Below are positions 36,421 through 49,994 of a stretch of DNA of 64,000 bases, piece by piece. The position numbers and the translations under genes were made by a program. Positions within the stretch are counted from its first letter, which is position 1; the number at the start of each line of letters is the position of its first letter. This DNA is from Octopus sinensis (Eukaryota): positions 80,042,001-80,106,000 of the forward strand of contig NC_043000.1 in the NCBI RefSeq assembly GCF_006345805.1, given 5' to 3'. A model generated the notes under the pieces. It ran no database searches. It was not told the origin of the DNA and worked only from the letters and a program-made list of their open reading frames with translations.

Positions 36421-38115
36421 TATCTTCTTCTCTTTGAAGCTGTATACCTTGTAAATAACTATTCTCTCCTTAATCTCTTGTACCTTTGCCTGCGGCGGTA
36501 CAAGCTTTATCTCGCCTCCTTCACTTTTACCAGGTTCCTGAATTCGTACAATTGTTCAATTTTAAACTCGACATCCATCATGGCGCCGCCCACCGCGGCC
36601 GAGAATGACTGTTGGGTACTTCCTTTTCCATATTTTCACTTTTTCCCATCACGGGAAAATCCTTCTTCGACGTCAAGTCGAAATCCATCACCTCGAAGGT
36701 AATAAAAAATGCAGGTAATACAAAATTTTCTGCCCCGTAGGGCGAAAATTACCGTTTTACAACGGGCACTGTTCAAAACAGTTAGCACAAACAATAGTAG
36801 CACCAATCCGAACTCTCTTAAATGAAGGCAGCAATTTCTCACAACGCAAATGAACAGTAACTCGAGACTAGAATCGAGAAGTTTTGAAGCGAGTGGGGTT
36901 AACGATAAATGCGATGGCTCTTTTATGTATGGCGATGATGGTTTTGGGGAGGGGGGGGCATAGAGGACCATGGCGATGATGGTTATGGGAGGGGGGACAT
37001 AGCGAGAGAGAGATACGGTTAGTTAGAGAGAGAGGTCAGGGACACGTGACAATAAGCAGTGTGAGGGAATTTGACTGGGGACGGCATTGTCGATAAATAA
37101 ACATTAGATAAATAGGTTTGAAAATCAGAAAAATCAGAGGGAATATCATTATTGATAGCTAATATAACACCGTAGCTGAGTAAAGAGGTTCTGTTAATCG
37201 TGAGCTAGCAAATGGGTTTGTATGAATCGGGAGACAATACTAAACGAAAAATTGAAAAATCAGAGTGGCTATGAACCTGGAGACAAGTCTAAACGAAAAA
37301 AAAATGTTTGAGCTAGACAGGGTAATGAGGGAATACTGAAAGAATGAGTGACAATACAATGAGATGGAAATTGAAGAATAGAGAAAGAATAAGGATAAGT
37401 GCAAGAAAGAAGGTAGTCGTAGCGAGGTTGGACGATTCACTTAACTTTTAGCCATTCATGATCTGTGCGTATTCTTTAGATATTTTGAAGCGAGTGGGGT
37501 AACGATAAATGCGATGGCTCTTTTATGTATGGCGATGATGGTTTTGGGGAGGGGGGGGCATAGAGGACCATGGCGATGATGGTTATGGGAAGGGGGGACA
37601 TAGCGAGAGAGAGATACGGTTAGTTAGAGAGAGAGGTCAAGGGACACGTGACAATAAGCGGTGTGAGGGAATTTGACTGGGGACGGCATTGTCGATAAAT
37701 AAACATTAGATAAATAGGTTTGAAAATCAGAAAAATCAGAGGGAATATCATTATTGATAGCTAATATAACACCGTAGCTGAGTAAAGAGGTTCTGTTAAT
37801 CGTGAGCTAGCAAATGGGTTTGTTTGTGAATCGGGAGACAATACTAAACGAAAAATTGAAAAATCAGAGTGGCTATGAACCTGGAGACAAGTCTAAACGA
37901 AAAAAAATGTTTGAGCTAGACAGGGTAATGAGGGAATACTGAAAGAATGAGTGACAATACAATGAGATGGAAATTGAAGAATAGAGAAAGAATAAGGATA
38001 AGTGCAAGAAAGAAGGTAGTCGTAGCGAGGTTGGACGATTCACTTAACTTTTAGCCATTCATGATCTGTGCGTATTCTTTAGATATTTTGAAGCGAGTGG
38101 GGTTAACGATAAATA

Positions 38116-38376
38116 GTGATCAAATTTATTACTGTCACCTACCATAAGTTAGTTCTCAGGAATTGTAGGAAAAATTATGGATGTAATGGTGCACTATATA
38201 GTTTGGCTCACAATTTTTTTGTAACTTGAAAAATTATACATATATATATATATATATATATATCATAAACTATATAGTTTGTGAGCCAAACTATATAGTG
38301 CACCATTACATCCATAATTTTTCCTACAATTCCTGATAACTAACTTATGGTAGGTGACAGTAATAAATTTGATCAC
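38116..38376. mobile_element. MITE with ~100-bp terminal inverted repeats and TA flanks
   Basis: ta|gtgatcaaatttattactgtcacc... versus ...ggtgacagtaataaatttgatcac|ta. Confidence 0.85.
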
Positions 38377-38619
38377 TATAACATGCCCAGCTTAGAGCCA
38401 CATTGTAATCTCTCCTATTGCAGACCTGAAAGGAGAAAGATAGGATAAAATCTCTGAAGAAAACATCAAGGTATTTTCTTTGTCACCACTGTTTGGACAG
38501 TGAATATCTGGAGACTGCAAGAAGAGCATTATCCCTGTGCAGTCTTAAACCTAGGTTCAGGAAACCCCCATCAGTATTATGAGTTATATATATATATTTA
38601 TATTTACATACACACATGC

Positions 38620-38878
38620 ATACATACACATATACATTTTTCATCTTTTACTTACTTCAGTCACTTGACTGCAGCCATACTGGAGCACTGCCTTGAAAGG
38701 TTTTGGTTGAACAAACTGACCCCAGGACTTACTTTTTAAATCTTGGTACTTATTCTATCGGTCACTTTTGCTGAACTGCTAAGATATGGAGACATAAACA
38801 CCCAACACCAGTTGTCAAGTGGTGGTGGGGGAGAAACACAAAGACATGCACACATAAATATGTATGTGTGTATGTAAG

Positions 38879-38911
<33 letters not shown>

Positions 38912-39070
38912 TATATATATGTATGCATATGCAATGGGCTTCTTTCAGTTTCTGTCTACAAAATCCACCCACAAGACTTTGGTTGGTCTGAGTCCATAGT
39001 TGAAGACACTTGCCCAAGGTGCCACAGTAGGACTGAACCCTAAACCATGTGGTTGAGAAGCAAGATTCTT
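38620..39070 (-). mobile_element. SINE family B copy
   Basis: gaagacacttgcccaaggtgccacagtaggactgaaccc...accatgtggttg is the reverse complement of 4345-4430. Confidence 0.75.
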
Positions 39071-39197
39071 ACCACACACATAGCACCAGTCCTATTCTCT
39101 TTTTCTTCCAATAATATTTATTAGAGATGTTTAAGGTATACATACATACATACATACATACAGGCAGACAGACAGACAGACAGACATGCATGCATAC

Positions 39198-39228
<31 letters not shown>

Positions 39229-39750
39229 CATACATACATGTATGTACATATATATGCACACATATATTTAATGTACACAGTATAAAGGTAAAATAGGTTT
39301 TTGCTGTGAAGACACATTTCTAGATAGGCTTTATAACACACACTGTATCTCCAAACAATCTTCAGGCTCTGAATATATGGTCTGTTCTATTCGAAAATCA
39401 GAAAATTACAAGAAAAAAATGAGAAGGTTGACAGAAAAGAGTGAATAAAAGTAGGAGAAGGAAAGAAAGAAAATTAGAGTTACATTCCTTTTGACTGTAG
39501 AAGTCATAATTAAACTAGTTGTTGTAGAATAATTCAATGGAGTGGGGTCCAAAGTCTGCAAGACAACTACTCAATCAGGAGAGGGTGATATCCTCCAGTT
39601 CGCAAGAAAGCAATTTGTCCACATGTTTGCATTTGCTGAAAATTTTGGATCTGGAATTAAGTAGTGCAGTGGAATTCTTATATTCAAAAAGAATATGTGA
39701 TCTACACACATACATCCATTTAAACATGCCATGGATTTCTCTATGTTTCT

Positions 39751-39972
39751 CTACTTGATTGTGTGTGCTCTGTAGTTGGTCTTCAAACCCCGTAAGTCGT
39801 TAACCAACTTAGTAGCTTTACTTTTGTCGATATGCCAGAAAGAAGATTGATGGTTTGCATAATGACTTTTGAAATTGTCTTTGCATAAACTTTGCATAAA
39901 CTTTGTCTTTTGAGTTAGGTTATCTTGAAGTGTTGCTAGCACTTCTGCCTCACAGAAAATAGAGTTTATCAT
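39751..39972 (-). pseudogene. Second Penelope-like GIY-YIG endonuclease remnant
   Basis: DNFKSHYANHQSSFWHIDKSKATKLVNDLRGLK matches the R/H-x-x-NH-x-x-SF...T-x-L...LK pattern seen at 15900-16150. Confidence 0.6.
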
Positions 39973-40291
39973 ACATGCCTAGTCAAATGGGTGAGCTTCA
40001 GAGTCTCAATATTTACAACTGAGAGTGGACTTTTGGTGATGCTTATGAGTGATAATATTCTTCATATTGAGGCAGCATTTGTATGATATTTTAATCAAGT
40101 ATCGGTTAAAAATCTTCCTGCAGTTATGGTTTAATGAGAAATGCTAAAAGAGACAAAATTTCATACTGATGTTAGTTTTAACATTTAGATAAGCATTTTC
40201 CATGGGAAACTGATTGTAAGATAATGATGATGAAGTTAATGATGATGAGGTAGAGGTGGAAGAATAGAATGCTTGTAATGATATATATATA

Positions 40292-40488
40292 TTCCGTGCC
40301 GGTGGCACGTAAAAAGCACCCACTACACTCATGGAGTGGTTGGCGTTAGGAAGGGCATCCAGCCGTAGAAACATTGCCAGATCAGACTGGACCTGGTGCA
40401 GCCTTCTGGCTTCCCAGACCCCAGTTGTACCGTCCAACCCATGCCAGCATGGAAAGCGGACGCTAAACGATGATGATGATGATGATGA
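40292..40488 (+). mobile_element. RTE-tail repeat
   Basis: Near-identical to 27290-27474. Confidence 0.8.
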
Positions 40489-41642
40489 TATATATATACA
40501 TATATATATACAAGTACACAATTGACTATTTGAATATTAAGATATATAAATGTATATACATATTTATATTAATATGCTTATACATATATATTAATATGAA
40601 TATGTATGCACACACACATATCAATACATATATACACATGTGTGTACATATGTATTATATATATTTTATAGTTCAGACTATATTTGCTTTGACCCCTGTA
40701 TATTGCAATACACACAATATATGATTATAAAATATACAATAAATGCATAAAATAAATTTGTAAAACTTGTAAAACAAACAATGTTAAAAGGCACTTTACA
40801 TCCAATTTTCCATGCTTGCATGACTAGATAGTTCAATGGTTGGAACAATTGCCTTCACAATTGGACGGATACCATTGCCTTCCGCTAATCATTCAGCTGT
40901 TATGTACGAACTGGAGCCTGTCATTTATTCAGTCAGGCAATATGGGATAAGCAGAGTTATGTGCCTTGATCACAGGTGCAATACCATAGGAGCAGCAGTA
41001 GGAAGTGAACCTTTACTGCACACACACACACACACACACACACGCATAAATGCATACATGCACACAAACACACATTAATATAAATGTATATACATGTGTG
41101 TGTGTATATATATATGTGCATGTGTATATATATATATATGCATATGTGTGTGTATATATATGTATATATGTGTGTGTGTGTGTGTATATATATATATACA
41201 CATACACACAGACATGCACACACACTCACATGTGTGTGTGTGTTTATATCCCAGGTTGCCCAGGTAAAGCTCAAACTAAGAGATTAACAAGATTAATGTT
41301 AGTTAATAATTCAATTTATCCTCACCATTTAATGTTTTCATACTGTTTTGGTCTTTAAACATTCCTTTTGATCTATTTCAGAACTTTTAAATATTTTGTA
41401 AATCATGTAGAAAATACTTTAAAGATTTTACTTGAATTATTAATGGATATATCTGTATGTACATATATATATGTGAATATGCGTATGTGGGCATATGTAA
41501 ATATTCAAACACACATGTGTACAAACATGCACAAGCACACATATTTGCATTATATATATATATGTATATCTGTGTGTGTATGTATATATACATACACAAA
41601 TTTATCTATAAATATATATTTATCTGTATACACAGACACACA

Positions 41643-41700
<58 letters not shown>

Positions 41701-42190
41701 TATATATTATTTACACATATGTACACAAATATCAGTACATATACCTTCATACACATACACTCACATATGTATTTGTGTGTATACTATACAAATTTAGAAT
41801 CTGTGCATACCTTAAATATGGTGAAAATAGTCTATTGTTGTGTAAAAATGGTTTGATTAATATACTTTCAAACACAACTCCTTCTGACTAAAGTTATCTT
41901 CCAGTAAATTTCTGGGTCCTAGAACCCCCAAAACAGAAGAATGTTGTCACTGATTTTTATCATCAAAGTCAAGTATTTTACAAATTCACAAAGAAAATAA
42001 GAATAAGAGAGGAAGTTGAAAAAGATGGAGTGAAATATATAGAAATGACTAAACTAGACAAAGTTAAATATTGATACATACTGAGAGAGACTATAAGAGA
42101 GAGAGGATTTAGGAAAAAAAGGGAAAAAACCTAGATGGAAATGGATGAGAAATGAAAAAGAAACAGGAGGTTAATAGAATAAAATGAAAG

Positions 42191-42240
<50 letters not shown>

Positions 42241-42254
42241 TGTGTATGTGCGTT

Positions 42255-42285
<31 letters not shown>

Positions 42286-42504
42286 ATGCATGTGCGTGCG
42301 TGTGTGTGATTTTGCTTGTTTGAGTTTGTGTCATAGATACATATCAAACACACCTGCACACGAATACACAAGCATACTCACAAACACTCGTGCATACACG
42401 TGAATGCACATACACATAATAACATGTACTTCCACAGATGTTCAGATTAAACTGTATACATATATTTTTAGTATATCATATATATTTTTTTACTGACTTC
42501 AGTG

Positions 42505-42825
42505 AAGGCACATGGCTTAATGGTTAGGGTATTTGGCTCATGTTCATAAGGTTGTGAGTTGGATTCCAAGTGACACACTGTATCCTCAAACAAGATACTT
42601 TATTTGCATTGCTCCAGTTCATTCAATTAGCAAAAATGAGCTGTACCTGTATTTCAAAGGGCTACCCTTGTTACATCTGTGTAATCTTGAATCTCCGTGA
42701 GTACTACATTAAGGGTATGCAAGTTTGTGGAGTACTCAGCCACTTGCACATTAATCACACAAACAGGTTGTTCCATTGATCAGATCAACTGGAACATTCA
42801 TTGCTGTAACTGACTGAGTGCCAGT
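42505..42825 (+). mobile_element. tRNA-derived SINE of another family
   Basis: ggcacatggcttaatggttagggtatttgg...gtgagttggattcc: A-box/B-box-like head. Confidence 0.55.
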
Positions 42826-43007
42826 TATATACATGTGTGTGTGGTGCGTGTGTGTGAGCATGCGTATGTGTGTAATATATATATATGTGCATATACTTAT
42901 ATTCGTGAGTGTGTGTGTGTATGTATGTATGCTTATATAGGTATGCTAGATTATTTGTTTTGTGAAAATGTAAAGGTCAGTCTGATGTTCAATTTATTTT
43001 TGTTCTA

Positions 43008-44301
43008 CGAGGGACGTTCAATAAGTAATGCCCCTGACTCACTTGCGTTTGTTTGATCTAGCTGAAATTTTGCTTGTGCAATTATTTATATCTCTATAGA
43101 TTAAGTGGCAAATTAAAGCTCTGAACTAATTGTGGTTTCTGATTTACAGGTGTTTGAACTGAGTCAAGTGTGAAATGGAGCCTGTTGAGTGTTGAGCAGT
43201 GATCCGGTTTTTGTATTTGAAAGGTCGCACACCACGGGAGACTTTTGATGAAATGAAAGTAACTTATGGTGATGATGCCCCATCATATGACCTTGTAAAA
43301 CGCTGGCATCGTGAATTCAAACATGGTCAGAACTCTGTGGAAACAGCTCCCAGATCTGGTCGCCCCACTTCTGCCATTGATGAGGCATCTGTCCGTCAAG
43401 GTGAGGCTGCCATTTTGGAAGATCGATACATAACTATTCACCAAATAGCCCATTACGTCAAGATTAGTACCGGGTCTGTGGAAACTATCATTCATGACCA
43501 TTTGCATATGCAAAAGGTGTCTGCCAGATGGATTCCCAGGTTGCTCACACTTTTCCAGAAGCAAGAACGTGTCGAGTGCTCGAGGATGAATTTGGAGATG
43601 TGCCAAGAAGATTAGTCAAAATTTTTTAAAAGACTGATTACACAGGATGAAACCTGGGTCCATCACTATGATCCAGAGACCAAAGCCCAATCAATTCAGT
43701 CGAAGCACCGTGACTCACCTCCTCCAAAGAAGGCAAGGGTGCAGCCCTCCGCTGGCACGGTCATGCTCACAATCTTCTGGGACCAGGACGGAGTAGTGAT
43801 GACAGATTTCCTGGCAAAGAGTACCACAATTACAAGAGCCTATTATGCTTCACTTTTGAGGAAATTAAGAGAAGCTATATCAAAATCAAGAGGCGGGGCA
43901 AGATCAGCAAAGGCATCCTCCTCCTGCAGGACAACGCTCCGGTCCACAACTCGCGTGTCGCCAGATCAGAAGCACAGGCGTGCTGCTATGAACTCCTCCC
44001 CCATCCCCCTACTCTCTTGACCTTGCACCCTCTGATTTTCACCTCTTCCCAGCCATGAAGTTGTTTTTGAAAGGAAAGAGTTTCCCAGATGATGCAGCCT
44101 TGATTTCTGAAGTCACGTCATGGTTGGGGGACCAAGCTGGGGTCTTCTACAAAAACAGCCTCCAGAGCTGCATCAAACAATGGGAGAAATGTGTAACTCT
44201 GGGTGGTTCCTATGTAGAAAAAGACTAATAACTATGCCAAGTTTCGTTGCTCTACCCCTATGGGAAGTGGATCAGGGTCATAACTTATTGAACGCCCCTC
44301 A
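43008..44301 (+). mobile_element. Full-length mariner (D,D34D) transposon with decayed transposase at 43175-44228
   Basis: TIRs cgagggacgttcaataagtaatgcccc / gggtcataacttattgaacgcccctca; TA TSD; WIPRLL, TQDETW, LQDNAP and DLAPSDFHLF motifs, with stops and frameshifts. Confidence 0.92.
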
Positions 44302-44734
44302 TATCCCAATTGCATGTTTTTTATGACTTTATTTAATGGTCTTTTAGTATCAGTGTATAACATTTTATTTGATGCATGTACTTATTTTTATATCATATTT
44401 TATTTCTTTTTACTTTTGATTCTTTGTTATCTTATTGTTTATGTGAGATGTTCTTCATTGTTTCTCAGTTCCTAATGTAGACATGTAGCACACTGTAACT
44501 ACCAAAATGTATTGTTATAGAAATAAGTAAAAAAGCAAATAAAAAATGAGTTACCATTTGACAAGTTACTTGAGGAGACACATCTGCATTTTTGATGCAC
44601 TGAAATTGTTTGTACAGTATCTCACCTGTGAGGTCAAAATGATCATAGTGAATAAAGAGTCTTATGAATTCCTTTATTTTTCTCTCATGTATAATATTAC
44701 ACACACACACACCACACACACACACACATATATA

Positions 44735-45016
44735 CATTATCCAAAAAGTATAGTATTAAATATCCATCACGGCTGATATTACCAATCAGTTTCACATAAA
44801 GAATACAATGGAGTGTTAGGTAACAATTTGATTATATAACTTTATACTCATCAGCGTTAGCCAAAAATCCCTTCCATATTGGCTATGTTATATAATCATA
44901 TTGGCTAAGTTATATAATCAGATTCTTACCTAACACTCCATTGTATTCTTTATGTGAAACCGATTGGTAACATCAGCCGTGATGGATATTTAATGCTATA
45001 CGCTTTGGACAATATA
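44735..45016. mobile_element. Fold-back element whose left arm carries a hammerhead motif
   Basis: Inverted arms tatccatcacggctgat...gtgttaggtaa versus ttacctaacac...atcagccgtgatggata. Confidence 0.8.
44771..44862 (-). ncRNA. Type I hammerhead-like motif with long stem II
   Basis: GGCTAACG CTGATGA GTATAAAG...CTTTATGT GAAA CTGATTGG TA^ATATCAGCC. Full core; proximal stem I pairs poorly. Confidence 0.55.
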
Positions 45017-45498
45017 CCCACTCTACTAACAGATATGTGAGTGCGTCTTTTACCTGACTTACGGTCTCTTAGATATACATATATATTGAATATTCTATTG
45101 GATAATAGGTCATATTCCTCTAGTTTTCCACTGGTATTGCCTCCATTGAAATTATATGTGTGTGTGTGTGTGTATTCTAAACAAAACTGTCTGATGAACG
45201 AGAATGTGAGATTTTGTGATATATTTTTTGCTGCTTTTCAATAAAGCATATTACTCTACCTCTGGTATTCAAGTACTATTTTTTTCACCTTATTTTGCAT
45301 CTATGTGCTTACTTTGGTATGTATGTGTATATGTATGTATGTATATATATGTATGTATGTATACATATATATCTATATATAAATGCATATAATAATAAGC
45401 GGATAAAATTAATTAATTAATTAATAAATTTTAATTAATTAATAATTAATAATTATACCAAGTAGTCAGTACGTTAAAAATAACCATTTTAGGTAAAA

Positions 45499-45912
45499 TT
45501 ATACAAATATTCTATAATTATATACATAATTATAATCAAGGGTCAGCTAATTGCTTTGCCATGCACTGATTTAGAAATAGGAGCTAAATGCCTATTCTAC
45601 TACCAGAAAAGATCTCTGAGACAGCAAACACACTTTTTTAAGTAGGCAAAAGAAAAAAAATAATGAATCCACATGTCTCAAATCAGCTAGATACGAGTTT
45701 TGAGATTAAAGTAAAGTTATATTTGCTAATCTGAGTCGTGGGGATTCATTAATTTTTCTTTTTGCCTACGTAAATAAGTGTGTTTACTGTCTCAGAGATT
45801 CTTTATGGTAGTTGAAAAGGCATTTAGCTCCTACTGCTTAATCAGTGTATGGCAAAGTAATTAGCTGACCCCTGATTATAATTATGTATATAATTATAGA
45901 ATATTTGTATAA
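45499..45912. mobile_element. Fold-back element (~190-bp arms) related to the 605-bp hammerhead unit
   Basis: ttgctttgccatgcactgatttagaaatag...gatctc resembles gttgccttaccacataccgaatttagaaatag...gatctc at 20820-20900. Confidence 0.7.
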
Positions 45913-45965
45913 ATGTGTATATATATATGCATATATATAAGTATATATGTATGCATGTATATATA

Positions 45966-46106
45966 TTTCTTTACTACCCACAAGGGGCTAAACACAAAGA
46001 GGACAAACAAGGACAGACAAACGGATTAAGTTGATTATATCGACCCCAGTGTGTAGCTGGTACTTATTTAATTGACCTCGAAAGGATGAAAGGCAAAGTC
46101 GACCTC
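45966..46106 (-). mobile_element. SINE family A 3' part
   Basis: Reverse complement of 6820-6958. Confidence 0.8.
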
Positions 46107-46113
46107 ATATATA

Positions 46114-46215
46114 TCTATATAAAAATGTGTATATATATATATATATATGTGTGTGTATATATATATGTATATATATATATATTTATATATGTGCCTGTGT
46201 ATGTGTATGTATATG

Positions 46216-46258
<43 letters not shown>

Positions 46259-49200
46259 CACAGTATGTGTGTGTATAATGACTAATGCATACATTTCACA
46301 ATTCTCAACTGATTTTCTCCAAACTTTACACACGCATCACTTATGTCCCAAGGATGGTCCTGTGTGAATGGATGTAAATGGACATAGTTTTCTTTTTGTA
46401 TGTAGGGCCTTCCATACTTTTTTAATCTATCTATATATGTACAAAATTCTTTGTATTTCTCTCTGTTCCCAATGCATTCTCAAATGGCAAAACCAAATCA
46501 AATCAAATTTTACATGGTAAGAGTATGAGATTGCAGGAGTGATAGCAAAAAATTTTGGGGGATCAAAACAATGCAGCATTGGCTTTGGTTCTGTAATACG
46601 TTTCAGAACTCAAAGAATAAAAGTGAAATCTTCGACAGAGTAACAGTCATAAATAGTTTCACTTTTATATTGTTTCCCTCTCACTTTAATACTTTCACTA
46701 TGCATACATATATATGTATGCATACACACACACACACACACACATATATTTATCATATTTATACATATATAAATGCATGTTGTCTGTTTGGATGTCTGTC
46801 TGTGTCAAGTTGCTGTCTACACCTGTCAATGAATTTTCGTGAAACTTTGCAAACATGTTAAAGTAACATCCGGTTTGTTAGTAGGCTCACTGAAGTTTAA
46901 TAAAAATCTATAATTGAATGGTTAGGGCCCCTAGAAGGGGGTCCACATATATTTTCCTTTAACAGCCAAGGGAAATAACCTATCCACTTCCTTTGCATCA
47001 GACGGTTCCCCAAGGAATTTATCCTTGAGACATGTACAGGACATGATGGTTATCCACTCTACAGGTGATGCAAACCTGAAGATGGTGGAAACACTACCAA
47101 GCTCAAAGTTAATGGTCAAAGGATGAAAATTGACAACAGGTGGATTATGCGCTATAACCCATTACTGTCTAAAACATTGCAGGTCCATGTTAATGTTGAT
47201 TCATGCAACTCTATAAAAAGTATCAAATATGTACGTAAATACATCAATAAGGGCTCAGATATAGCAGTTTTTGGACTTGAACAGGAGGGCAGGCTGATGA
47301 AATTCAGCTATATAAGCTGGGCAATGTGGCAAATCCTGGGCTTTGAAATCCACAAGTAGCATCCAACTGTTGTGAATCTATCTGTACATCTTGAAAATGA
47401 CCATCTTGTATATTTCACAGAAGATAATGCTTGAAACATAGTTCTAAATCTAGCAGAAACCACTTTGACAACTTGCTTTAAATTATGCCAACGTGATCTG
47501 TTTGCCCAAACACTGTTGTATGTTGAGGTTCCTGTGTACTATACCTGGGCACACAATAGATGGAACAGACACAAACAAGGAGCATGTGTTGAGGGCTGGG
47601 AAGAACATGCTATCTTCAGAAGTGGGGCAATCGGGCAGGTGTCCACTGTGCACCCTAATCAGCAGGAGTGCTTCTTTCTGTGTCTACTGCTGCACACTGT
47701 CAGATCTTTGAAGGCACAATGGGGAAGTCAGCACGACCTGCAGAGAAGCCTGAGCCAAACAGGCTGGAGGATGATGCTCACTGGGACCAGACACTGGAGG
47801 AGGCAGCAGTCAGCAGAGCACTAAGTCTACTGTGCCAGCTATTTTCTATAAGGTTGATGACGTGGCTTGGGTGAGCCTCTCAAATTTTGGGTGACCCAGA
47901 AAACCAGCATAGCAGAGGACATCCTACAAAGGATTCAAAGGCAAACCTCAGTGGAAATGCCACATTCAATAACACCATTTACAATGAGGCATTACTTGAC
48001 TTGGACACCAGGGTGCAAGTTATGGGAGGTCAAGGCACTGCCACATTTGGTCTGTGTCAACCAGAGCAGGCAACAAACAATCTTGCAATTGAGTACCTGT
48101 GAGAAATCAGATATGATATCGAGGAAATGATGGTGTATATAGCTGATAATGAACACAAACTAATGGAGGACCAACTGGGTGTTTATAGGGCCATTATTTC
48201 GAGCATTGAATGTGAAAGAGGAGATCTTTTCTTTCTGGATGCTCCAGGTGGAACTGGCAAGGCATTTGTCATCAACTTTCTTCTGGCTAAACTGCGCCAA
48301 ATGAAACACATTGCCATAGCAGTGACATCAAGTGGAATAGCTGTAATTCTGCTAAGTGGTGGCCACACAAATCATTCCTGCTGAGACAAATGGTATCTGA
48401 TTTAAAGGAACTAATGAATAAGATGTTTCCTAACCTGAGGAATCAGTTTACAAACCACAACTGGCTGAAAACCCATGCCATTTTAACTTCAAAGAATGTG
48501 GCAGTTGATGGTTTGGACACCAAACTTCTGGAACAGTTGCCAAGTAAGCGTCACATCTACAATTCCATTGACACTGTACTCAACATCGATGAAGCTGTGA
48601 ATTATCCAGTTGAATTCTTGAATAGTCTAATACCACCCAGCCTCCCACCTTACAACTTCCACCTCAAGATTTGGTCAAAGTTATGCTGCTTTGAAACCTC
48701 AATCCATCAAAGCTTTGGAATAGTATGCGACTTATAATAAAGAAGATGGTGCCAGCAGTCTTGGAGACAACAATTTTGACTGCTAGAATAAGCAGTGAGC
48801 TTGTATTCATTCCTAGAATTCCACTTATTCCCTTGGATATGCCTTCCCAGTACAAGCACCTGCAATTCCCATTGAAACTGAGCTTTACAATGAGCATTAA
48901 CAAGGCCCAGGGGCAATTCTTGGATGTGGTAGATCTGAACCTTGTGGAACCAGTTTTCTCCCATGGTCAACTTTATGTGGGATGCTCCAAAGTCAGCAAT
49001 CCTAATCATTTGTTTATTTATGCCCCATGAGGAAAGACCAAAAGTGCTGTTTATCAAGAAGCACTGCAAACTTAATAAGATTCACCAAACCATAAGGTAT
49101 TTATTATTTAACTGTAATATTTGTAAGTGTTGGAAATGTATTGATAATCTACATGTTATTTTATTTTTAAAACCATATGTAAATTTATCTGTATGTCTAC

Positions 49201-49714
49201 TGTAAAACTAATTGTCAGTCTGTTTCTAGGTTCATTGTAGATCTATTTCAACACTAGCACTCCTAAGAGTTATATGCTCTGGGAATGCACAAAAGCTCTT
49301 TTCAGAGTTATTTACTTTGAATTGTTATTATCTCATATCCGATTAGTTTGTTATTACATAACATGCTTCACGATTTTGGTATACATACCTTATTGATATT
49401 TCTTCCTAAGTTCTATATAATACTCTGGGAACACATTAAAGCTGTTTTAAGGGCTACCTTATTTGAATTCTTACTATCGAGTAACTAATTTCATGTTATT
49501 AAATAACTGACTTCACAATTTGGGTATTTATAAATTATTGCGATTTTCTAAAAACAAGCTCCTAAGTAAGACAGTTCAGTATTCTCTGTAAATGCACAAA
49601 AACCGTTTTAAGGGCTACATACTTTGTATTGTGGTTAGATTAGTGAAACAATTATGAGAATGGAACCAAGGGATAAGCCTTGCTTCTCCAGGAATTACTG
49701 GGTATGCCAGCTAG
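46114..49714 (+). mobile_element. Decayed Helitron (Rep C-terminus plus PIF1-like helicase)
   Basis: SIKSIKYVRKYINKGSD, FFLDAPGGTGK, AVTSSGIA, YPVEFLNSL, QFPLKLSFTMSINKAQGQ, VFSHGQLYVGCSKV. 3' end is ctgg-gtatg-ccag CTAG|T at 49714. The 5' TC at 46114 is tentative. Confidence 0.8.
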
Positions 49715-49861
49715 TATATAAATATGTATATATGTATATATGTATATATATAGTTAGTTGAGGTGTATTGAAACATTGCAGTAATTATTAAAAAGCTGCC
49801 TAACCATTCTTACTCTTCCTTTTGACTGTGTGTGTGTGTGTATTTGTGTGTATATATATAC

Positions 49862-49953
<92 letters not shown>

Positions 49954-49994
49954 AAACTGATTTACTAGATTTGTACAGTCTCAGAGTATTGTAA

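Larger units (their letters stand above)
31622..36881 (-). mobile_element. Full-length Tx1/L1-type LINE (5260 bp) with 16-bp TSD
   Basis: TTTTGAAGCGAGTGGG at 31606-31621 and 36882-36897 is single-copy in uninterrupted units. Contains a 5' UTR, ORF1, ORF2 and a short 3' tail. Confidence 0.95.
30093..38114. repeat. ~602-bp tandem repeat array (about 4.6 units) interrupted by a LINE
   Basis: caccgtagct recurs at 30093, 30691, 31293, 37168 and 37770; units nearly identical. Confidence 0.95.
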
